A stretch of DNA of 64,000 nt. Origin: Patescibacteria group bacterium (GTDB lineage: Bacteria; Patescibacteriota; Saccharimonadia; CAILAD01; BJGX01). Positions 18,522 through 26,052 of the stretch are shown here, in pieces (position 1 is the stretch's first letter; each line of letters starts with the position of its first letter). Below the pieces are notes generated by a model, which worked only from the letters and a program-made list of their open reading frames with translations, was not told the origin of the DNA and searched no databases. The position numbers and the translations under genes are program-made. The stretch lies in assembly GCA_030917065.1 (NCBI GenBank), contig JAUPVL010000018.1:2568-66567 (forward strand), given 5' to 3'.

Positions 18522-19748
18522 ATGGAAAACAAAAACAAAACCCCCAAGACTCGTTTCGCAATTGCTCACAAACCCGATTATATCTTATCTATATTAGTAC
18601 TATCGTTGATTGTTATTGGGCTGATCATGATTTATTCTACGGGCTGGATTACTGTACTCAAACAAACGGGAGGGAGTAGCGATAGGAATGGATTTTTCTG
18701 GACCCAACTATTAAGTTTTGGGCTGGGGTTGACTGGCTGGTTTATAGCTAGCAAATTTCATTACAGTAATTGGCAAAAATATGCTAGTTTTATATTTTAC
18801 GGATCGCTGGCCTTGATGTTTTTAGTTCTTGTTCCAGGGATAGCCGTGACAGTAAACGGTGCCTCTAGGTGGGTGCATATAGGACCTATTAATTTTCAGC
18901 CCGTAGAGTTCTTTAAGCTTGGCACTATTTTGTTTGTGGCTGCCTGGATAGATAAGAATCGAGCCAAGCTCAATAGGCCAGCCGAAGGTCTTATACCTAT
19001 TATCATTATCTTGATAATAACAATGTCACTAGTGGTGATTTTGCAAAAAGACATGGGGTCTGCATCTGTTTTGGCAGCAGCTATATTTAGTATGTATTTT
19101 ATTTCAGGAGTATCAATGCGCATATTTATGATGGCTCTAGGCTTCATGGTAGCTTCTGCAGTAGGCCTTATCGCCAGCTCTCAATATCGTCTAGCTAGGT
19201 ATATGACTTTTTTAAATCACACAGAAGATCCTACTGGTTCTGGTTATCATATCAACCAAGCACTGATTGCACTTGGATCGGGGGGTATCCTGGGTAGGGG
19301 GTTGGGCAAAAGCTTGCAGGCGTACGGTTATTTACCAGAAGCCACCAACGACTCTATATTTGCTATTATAGGAGAAGAATTTGGTCTAGTGGGGGCTAGT
19401 ATAGTGATAGCAATAATAGTGATGCTGATATGGAGAGGTTACAGAATAGTTAGAGATGCACCGGATAATTATGCAAAGCTAGTAGCATGTGGTCTAGTGG
19501 CATGGATAGGATTTCAAGCCTTTTTCAATATTTCGGCTATGCTTGGTATAATACCTTTAACCGGTATAACTCTTCCATTTATCAGCTATGGAGGCACCAG
19601 TCTAATGGCATCGTTATTCGGTATCGGTATTTTGCAAAACATTTCACGCTATACGAAAGGAGATATACCAGATGAAAATCGTGGTTTGCGGCGGCGGAAC
19701 AGCCGGTCATATAACACCCATACTAGCAATAGTCGACGAGCTACGTAA
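18522..19748 (+). CDS. ftsW: SEDS family peptidoglycan glycosyltransferase FtsW
   Basis: About 10-TM SEDS fold (…RWVHIGPINFQPVEFFK…), placed between mraY and murG. 3' end overlaps murG by 77 nt. Confidence 0.8.
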   Translation: MENKNKTPKTRFAIAHKPDYILSILVLSLIVIGLIMIYSTGWITVLKQTGGSSDRNGFFWTQLLSFGLGLTGWFIASKFHYSNWQKYASFIFYGSLALMFLVLVPGIAVTVNGASRWVHIGPINFQPVEFFKLGTILFVAAWIDKNRAKLNRPAEGLIPIIIILIITMSLVVILQKDMGSASVLAAAIFSMYFISGVSMRIFMMALGFMVASAVGLIASSQYRLARYMTFLNHTEDPTGSGYHINQALIALGSGGILGRGLGKSLQAYGYLPEATNDSIFAIIGEEFGLVGASIVIAIIVMLIWRGYRIVRDAPDNYAKLVACGLVAWIGFQAFFNISAMLGIIPLTGITLPFISYGGTSLMASLFGIGILQNISRYTKGDIPDENRGLRRRNSRSYNTHTSNSRRAT

Positions 19749-20826
19749 CCTAGATAGAAGTGTAGAGATACTATATATTGGTAGCGGTAGTAAGCTCGAA
19801 AAGGAGCTTACTCAAAAATACGATCTCAACTATCAATCTATTTCAAGCGGTAAATTCCGTAGATACAGGCGTGGATGGAAGAAAGAGATTGCAGATATGC
19901 AGACTAACAAAAAGAATATTGCCGATGCAGTTCGTTTTACCAAAGGTTATTTTCAGGCGATGCGAATACTTCGTAAATTTAAACCCGATGTAGTTTTTAC
20001 TAAAGGAGGATATGTATCAGTGCCTGTTGGCCTGGCTGCATCTAGGCTGAAGATGCCATTGCTTATCCATGACTCAGATGCAATATTTGGAATGTCAACA
20101 AAAGTATTGGCGCCCAAGGCTAAGTTGATTGCTACCGGTTTTCCAAAAAATGTCTTTGCTGACTCAACATACAGCGATAAAATCATTTTTACCGGTAACC
20201 CAGTTCGTAAAGAACTATTAAGTGGAAGCCTGGCTCGAGCCCAAAAAATATTTCAATTTAGATCCCAAAAGCCGGTAGTTCTTGTATTTGCTGGTTCACA
20301 AGGAGCAACTGCAATAAATGAAATTGTGTTTGGAGGCCTGGATATTATCCTAAAGGATTACAATCTTATACACCACACCGGTTCAAACGACATAGAGCAG
20401 GCGAGAGTACTCGCTCACAAACTACCTGACAATCTAAGAGAATCTTATAGGCCTTTCGATTTTCTAAAGACCGAGCTTGCCGATGCGTTGTTTTATGCCG
20501 ACATTGTGATCGGAAGAGCTGGAGCCAATTCAATAGCTGAGATTGCTGCACATTCTAAGTCTGCAATATTAATTCCAAGTCCTTACTCGGCCAACAATCA
20601 TCAGCAAAGAAACGCTGAAGTGCTTGAACGGATGGGAGCGGCCAGGATAATCCAACAGGTAGACTTGAGTCCTATCCGGTTGATATCTGAGATAGACAAG
20701 ATACTCGCTGATCCAAAAGCCAAGAAATACTTGCAAAACTCGATACACGAACTTTGGATCTCTGACTCTGCATCAAGAATAGCGCGTCTTATACTCCACA
20801 CCAACAAGGACGGTGTAAATGTCTGA
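19672..20826 (+). CDS. murG: UDP-GlcNAc:undecaprenyl-PP-MurNAc-pentapeptide GlcNAc transferase MurG
   Basis: N-terminal MKIVVCGGGTAGHITP G-loop and GT28 fold. Confidence 0.9.
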   Translation: MKIVVCGGGTAGHITPILAIVDELRNLDRSVEILYIGSGSKLEKELTQKYDLNYQSISSGKFRRYRRGWKKEIADMQTNKKNIADAVRFTKGYFQAMRILRKFKPDVVFTKGGYVSVPVGLAASRLKMPLLIHDSDAIFGMSTKVLAPKAKLIATGFPKNVFADSTYSDKIIFTGNPVRKELLSGSLARAQKIFQFRSQKPVVLVFAGSQGATAINEIVFGGLDIILKDYNLIHHTGSNDIEQARVLAHKLPDNLRESYRPFDFLKTELADALFYADIVIGRAGANSIAEIAAHSKSAILIPSPYSANNHQQRNAEVLERMGAARIIQQVDLSPIRLISEIDKILADPKAKKYLQNSIHELWISDSASRIARLILHTNKDGVNV

Positions 20827-21637
20827 ACAAAGAGTGGTTAAGCTACGTGAAAAGATCAACAGCAACTCGACTGGTACATCTGCTCCAAAAAGTAAAAAGC
20901 CACAATTTAATTTGAAAAAACTTATCCGTCCAATCATTATAGTCGTCTTGGTCTTGATTGTATTGTACGCAGTCTTGGCATCTAGTTTGTTCAAGATAAA
21001 TAAGATAGAAATTGTGGGCAATCAGACTATCGATAGTGAGGATGTCAAATCACAGGTGAGCGCAATCATAACTGGATCAAGTATTAGTCAAAACATTATT
21101 TTCGTACCGTCTTCAGATATCGAGAAACAGTTAAAAAAAGACAATTATCAGGTAGCTGATGTAAAGATATCTAAGATTCCCTTTAGCACAATCAAGGTAA
21201 CAATAACCGAACAAAAACCGAGCATACTATGGAAATCTGGTAACAATCTTTCGATAATAACCGAGAATGGGAGAGGGTTTATAGGAGAGCCTAACGACGA
21301 ACTAAAAAGTAATCTACCAACGGTAGAGGATTTGTCGAATCTACCTGTAAAAGAAGGGGATAAGGTTGTATCACAAGAGTTCGTCAAATTTGTCAATGAT
21401 ATGTACACAACGCTACCACAGAACGGAGTCGAGATAGTTGGTGCTCAGATAGAAGAGACGACAACCGAGATTACAGTAATCACAAAAGATGGCTATAGGA
21501 TTAGGTTCGACACAACTCGGCCTTTTAGTGAGCAATTGTCTGATCTAAATGCAGTACTAGACAGCCTGAAGCAGCAGGGTAAAAAGCCAACTCAATATAT
21601 TGATCTCAGGATCAATGCCAAAGTATTTTATAAGTAG
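20819..21637 (+). CDS. ftsQ: cell division protein FtsQ/DivIB-like (POTRA)
   Basis: N-terminal TM anchor then a POTRA-like region (KINKIEIVGNQTIDSEDV). Position after murG. Confidence 0.55.
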   Translation: MSEQRVVKLREKINSNSTGTSAPKSKKPQFNLKKLIRPIIIVVLVLIVLYAVLASSLFKINKIEIVGNQTIDSEDVKSQVSAIITGSSISQNIIFVPSSDIEKQLKKDNYQVADVKISKIPFSTIKVTITEQKPSILWKSGNNLSIITENGRGFIGEPNDELKSNLPTVEDLSNLPVKEGDKVVSQEFVKFVNDMYTTLPQNGVEIVGAQIEETTTEITVITKDGYRIRFDTTRPFSEQLSDLNAVLDSLKQQGKKPTQYIDLRINAKVFYK

Positions 21638-22110
21638 GGCATATCCATAGAAGGTATAGAGAGGTATTAATTACAACAAAGCACGTGTGTGCTGTGAAAC
21701 ATAGGTTGTGGATAACTATTAGACGAGAAGACATGTGTAAATGCACAGACACAGGCCAATATCGTCTGTTAACTATATAAGTTCGGTTTTTGTTTATACT
21801 ACTTACACTGATATATAGCAGTATTTGCTGAAATCTCATGCTGTTCATTTGCCCATCCATGCTCGAAGCGTGAAAAAAGAGAAGATACGCAACAAATAAA
21901 TATGATTCATATAATGGTGATTTAGATGCTATATATACTTATATACGTAAAATATACATTGTGCGACATACTATATTTATCACTCCAGCTATCTATTTAT
22001 ACCTCTAATATATAGTTATTACGTTTCCTTTCTATGACTTTAGCGTAAACGCGATGTTGTAATGTGAATATCTCTGTAACACATTAGTGCTTTGTTAGCC
22101 TAGTTCGCTA

Positions 22111-24813
22111 CTAAGCTTTGTTATTGCTATTACGATCATTACGATTGTTTTTATTACGATTGCGATTTCGACTGTTGGATCCGCTCGAGTTACTATTTGA
22201 ATTTGAATTCTTTTTTATATATTCACTATATTTCTTTGGCTCGGCTCCACTCACCTTTAGACTAGGGTGGGAGTTGTTGTTATTTACATTGTTTTTGGGT
22301 TGTTCGGTATTTGTGCTACTAGTAGATTGCGTACTCCCCTGCCCCTGTTTGTCATTGCCATCATTGCTCATACCACTCCATTTTTCTATTTGAGTCTCTA
22401 CCTCAGACTTACTAGATGCGTATTTTTCTCGACTTTGTTGAATAATTCTCGGTGTCTGGTCGTTGGGTGGCTGAGGCATTAGTAATGTCTTAGCAGAGAA
22501 TGGTAAGCTAGTTTGTCCATCGATGCTCATCGATACGTAGATGTTCTGCTTATCAAGATTGACCAAATCTAGTGGCTCAAATACAGGCTCAAAGTACTTG
22601 GATAGGTAATTTGCATCGTCTGCACCGACCCTAAAGCTAATCATGCTACCGACATTACCAAAAACAGCGTCGCGAACCTCTTCGGGCATCTGAGCTATGT
22701 ATTGATTGGCAACAGTTAGATATAGTCCATACTTACGTGCTTCAGATAAGATTACAGCAAAACTCTCTGTCGCAAAATTTTGGAACTCATCAACATATAA
22801 GTAGAATGGTATCCTATCTTCAATATTTGGAATATCAGCTCGACTCATAGCATCAAGCTGTATCTTGGTGATTATCAAGCTACCCAGTATAGATGCATTG
22901 TCTTCACCAATTTTTCCTCTTGAGAGGTCTACTATCAGTATCTTGCCTTCATCCATTATTTTACGAATGTTAAATGAGCTCTTTTCTTGTCCGAGTACAT
23001 TTCTAATAAGAGGATTGGCAGTGAATGCCCCTACTTTATTAAGTACCGGTGCCACAGCTTCTGATGCGAATTTTTCATTCCAGCTAGCAAATTCATTAAT
23101 CCAGAAGGCTTTAACAACAGGGTCTTTTACGTTGGCGATAATTTCATTTCGATACTTTTTGTCGGTAAGCATACGAACAATACCAAGCAGTGTAGTGTTG
23201 GGCGTTTCTAGTAAGGCAAGCAAGGTGTAACGTAGAATGTGCTCAAGTCGAGGCCCCCAGCTGTCTCCGAACATCTTCTTTAGCACGCCAACTATTTCAG
23301 ATGCTACGTTGTTTCTGCGATTGACGTCCATCACCTCCATAGGGTTGAATGCTACTGGAAAATCGCCATCTGCTGGGTTGAAGTACACTACGTCGTCGAT
23401 ACGGTGTTCGGGTATAAAACGCATAATATCTTGGGCATAGTCGCCGTGAGGATCAACTACCGCAAATCCCTTATTGTGAAAAACATCCGAAAGAGTCAAG
23501 AGATTTAGTAAGAACGACTTACCAACTCCAGATTTACCGATGATATAAAGATGTCGCATCCTATCTTCACGTTTGATTCCAAACTTGGCATTACCTTGTC
23601 TAAAAGTAGTTGTACCGAACAAGCTCAGGCTCTCCGGAGGAGTGTTGGATGCCATAGGGAGATTGCTAGGCGGCTGACCTACCTTAGTGCTTGTATATGC
23701 AACGCCTGGTGTCTCTACGCTAGTGTGAGGCAAATGATAAAGGCTAGCCATCTCTTCGATATTAAGTACATAGCCAGCGTCTTCAAATTTTCTCTCCCTA
23801 TACTCTTCCAGGGCTTTTTCACCAGTCGCTATACTTGTATTAGTAAAGCCATTGAGATTGATGGTATTGAACTGCTTAAATCCACCTACAAGAGCTTGAA
23901 TTCTTTGTTTTGCTATCATATCGTTGTCACCTACATAGATGGCTCGAATTTTCATAGCAAAACCTAGCTTTTGAGCCTTGGTTTCTATTGCAGTATTGAT
24001 AGTAGTTTGGCCGGGAGATAACTCCGGTTTGGACCCCGGCTTGGCATTTGCTGCCTCTACAGATGGAGGTACTGACAGTGCCCTGGCGGCAAATAGCGGA
24101 GCCTTCAGAGCCTTCTTGCCTAGATTGTCAAATACTCCCTCTTTCTTGCCGTTTACGACTTCGTCGATATATTTGAGGCTTTTGGTGTGCCAACTATCAT
24201 CGACTGGCTCCATCAAAAATTGTATCCACATCTGTTCACCTTCTGACATTGATGCAAGTACTGTAGTTAGTCCAGCAAGCGGATCTACCTCAAAAGTTAG
24301 AAATGTTCGAATCGGAAATATCTCATCTTTGGTAAGAGTTATCTCAGTTTCGTATATTTTTTTGTCAGTGAAGTCTTGTTTTGTATAGTCTTCTTCGACT
24401 GAGTTGATCTGAACTGTAGGATATTGTGCGTATATCTGGCTTTCTACAAAATCTTTGAGTTCGGTTGGAACCCAGACATAGAAGTGTATGATTTGATCGA
24501 TAGAGACAATCTCAAAGCTTATGTGATCTTGTAGCTTGGATTCCTGCTGAAGCTCTCCTGTGGGTCGCAATATACCGTGTAGACTAGCAAACATCTGCTC
24601 TGCTGACAATTCTTTCTTATCATTGTCCTTAGGTACTATTATATGTATCAAGCTATACTCAGAAGATTTGCTACCCGTTATCTCAGCTTTGCGATTGTTC
24701 TTCCATATCAAATACACCAATACTGTAGCTATCAGTGTCCAGCCCCAGAATTGAAATAATATAGTGCCAATAATTGAAAACGCTGTGCTGATTATGTTAA
24801 AGATTGTGTCCAT
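22111..24813 (-). CDS. membrane-anchored FtsK/HerA/VirB4-superfamily P-loop ATPase (900 aa) with an N/S/R-rich C-terminal tail
   Basis: Two N-terminal TM helices. About 400-aa N-domain with no recognisable motif. Walker A YIIGKSGVGKSFLLNLL at about residue 430, then VVDPHGDY, Walker B LYVDEFQNF, and a Q-motif-like ARKYGLYLTVANQY (compare FtsK ARAAGIHLVLATQRP). C-terminal about 100 aa is low complexity (NSNSNSNS…RNRNRNKNN). Confidence 0.55.
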   Translation of the reverse strand: MDTIFNIISTAFSIIGTILFQFWGWTLIATVLVYLIWKNNRKAEITGSKSSEYSLIHIIVPKDNDKKELSAEQMFASLHGILRPTGELQQESKLQDHISFEIVSIDQIIHFYVWVPTELKDFVESQIYAQYPTVQINSVEEDYTKQDFTDKKIYETEITLTKDEIFPIRTFLTFEVDPLAGLTTVLASMSEGEQMWIQFLMEPVDDSWHTKSLKYIDEVVNGKKEGVFDNLGKKALKAPLFAARALSVPPSVEAANAKPGSKPELSPGQTTINTAIETKAQKLGFAMKIRAIYVGDNDMIAKQRIQALVGGFKQFNTINLNGFTNTSIATGEKALEEYRERKFEDAGYVLNIEEMASLYHLPHTSVETPGVAYTSTKVGQPPSNLPMASNTPPESLSLFGTTTFRQGNAKFGIKREDRMRHLYIIGKSGVGKSFLLNLLTLSDVFHNKGFAVVDPHGDYAQDIMRFIPEHRIDDVVYFNPADGDFPVAFNPMEVMDVNRRNNVASEIVGVLKKMFGDSWGPRLEHILRYTLLALLETPNTTLLGIVRMLTDKKYRNEIIANVKDPVVKAFWINEFASWNEKFASEAVAPVLNKVGAFTANPLIRNVLGQEKSSFNIRKIMDEGKILIVDLSRGKIGEDNASILGSLIITKIQLDAMSRADIPNIEDRIPFYLYVDEFQNFATESFAVILSEARKYGLYLTVANQYIAQMPEEVRDAVFGNVGSMISFRVGADDANYLSKYFEPVFEPLDLVNLDKQNIYVSMSIDGQTSLPFSAKTLLMPQPPNDQTPRIIQQSREKYASSKSEVETQIEKWSGMSNDGNDKQGQGSTQSTSSTNTEQPKNNVNNNNSHPSLKVSGAEPKKYSEYIKKNSNSNSNSSGSNSRNRNRNKNNRNDRNSNNKA

Positions 24814-24856
24814 TAATTAGGTGCCTGTTTTCCCTCATTATTTTCGATAATATTGC

Positions 24857-25930
24857 CTAGCCCTTGTCTCTTCCACCGCGCCTTTTATTTTTTTTTGAAG
24901 TAAGGCCTTCTTTGATGCTATACATATCGTTTTTATCTTTTATAAACTGAGGCTTTTCCTGCAGGTTCAGTGCGATTGTGGTAGTCTTGACCTGTCTTCT
25001 AGCTAGCACCTTAGTGATAATATCCTCTTTACTCAAAGGAGATTTCTCTTTTAGAATCTCTTCTATGATATCAGCGACTGTACCTGGGTTGTATCCCCAT
25101 TCACCGAGAGCATAAATACCCCTACCTATTAGTACGAAACGACCATCTTTAATTAGTTCGTTGTGTACAGCTTGAGTTGTTACATTTTTAGGATTGGCTT
25201 TGAGTTCTGAGATCTTTGTTGAAATCTCACTAAAATGCATGGGTCTAGCGTTTTTCTTAAGTACTAAGTAAATCTTGTCTCGAATGCTTTTGGGATTTAC
25301 TTCTGGCCATACACTCAATCCCCATATATTGTCTAAATTAGATAGGTTTGTACTGGCAAGAGCCAGTTCTTGCAAAGCTTCTTGATTGTGTTTGGGATCT
25401 AATTTTTTTGAAAATTTATCAAAGCGCGATGGTTTGCCGGTCTCACTCACTACAGTTACTAGCTGTTCATGTAGTTTCTTCACTCCATTTTCATTATAAC
25501 TATCACTCAAGAAAAGTAGATCAGCGTGCCCGTCATTTTTGTCAACAAAGGTAAACTTTGGGTTGATCTTAATCAAAAAACTTAAGTGTGGTTGCATCTT
25601 ACCATTCAGATCTAGTTGACTCATTAGTGATGCAAATCCAATAATGCCACCCTTTTCATTGGTAATTGCTATAAGAATATCATTGAGCTCGTGATCGTGG
25701 TTGAACTGTTGTCTTATCTTTGTAATTGCTGCTTTTTCTATCTGTCTTACTCGCTCTCGAGTAATACCCATGTCTTTACCTATTTCTTCAAGGGTCTGCG
25801 AGTTTCCAGTAGCTATACCATAACGGCGTAGCAAGATATCTCTATCGCGGTCTTTCTTGAGTAGGTTCAAGCTATCGTTTATTAGGTTTTCTAGCAGTTT
25901 CTTATCTACTTTGTTTGATTTTACTTTCAT
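24857..25930 (-). CDS. chimeric DNA/RNAP-binding protein: N-terminal sigma-70 region-4 HTH plus C-terminal HARE-HTH (RNAP delta-like)
   Basis: Residues about 25-75 DRDILLRRYGIATGNSQTLEEIGKDMGITRERVRQIEKAAITKIR match sigma70 region 4. C-terminal …MHFSEISTKI…AVHNELIKDGRFVLIGRGIYALGEWGY resembles the RpoE(delta)/HARE-HTH motif DGRFLALSDQTWGLRSWY. Confidence 0.5.
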   Translation of the reverse strand: MKVKSNKVDKKLLENLINDSLNLLKKDRDRDILLRRYGIATGNSQTLEEIGKDMGITRERVRQIEKAAITKIRQQFNHDHELNDILIAITNEKGGIIGFASLMSQLDLNGKMQPHLSFLIKINPKFTFVDKNDGHADLLFLSDSYNENGVKKLHEQLVTVVSETGKPSRFDKFSKKLDPKHNQEALQELALASTNLSNLDNIWGLSVWPEVNPKSIRDKIYLVLKKNARPMHFSEISTKISELKANPKNVTTQAVHNELIKDGRFVLIGRGIYALGEWGYNPGTVADIIEEILKEKSPLSKEDIITKVLARRQVKTTTIALNLQEKPQFIKDKNDMYSIKEGLTSKKNKRRGGRDKG

Positions 25931-25999
25931 AAATAATAAGTACCTTTTTGTTACTGATATTTACTGCTCTACAGGTATAAGAACAGCAAAACTTGTAGT

Positions 26000-26028
26000 A
26001 ATTATATCACTTATAAGCTCGGAGGTCA
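26000..26028 (-). promoter_or_regulatory. consensus sigma-70 promoter (minus strand) for the HTH-protein/ATPase unit
   Basis: Minus-strand reading TTGACC, 17 bp, TATAAT (plus coordinates 26023-28 and 26000-05), about 65 nt upstream of the start at 25930. Confidence 0.45.
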
Positions 26029-26052
26029 ACAATTACAAAGGTATTATAATAG

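Noticed and set aside
19672-19748. Possibility that the 77-nt ftsW/murG overlap reflects a frameshift or mis-assembly
   Set aside because: The murG N-terminus (MKIVVCGGGTAGHITP) is canonical from the ATG at 19672, and the ftsW frame simply runs on to the next stop. Long overlaps occur in compact genomes. This is noted but not treated as an error.
21707-21715. Perfect DnaA box (TGTGGATAA = TTATCCACA) in the 473-bp AT-rich spacer after ftsQ
   Set aside because: Only a single box. There is no cluster of boxes, no dnaA/dnaN nearby, and the spacer lies between convergent genes. A chance match is the most economical reading.
22111-24813. Calling the 900-aa ATPase FtsK proper
   Set aside because: It lacks the 4-5 TM N-terminal FtsK domain, the long Pro/Gln linker and a gamma (KOPS-binding winged-helix) C-terminus. 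Only the superfamily-level motifs match.
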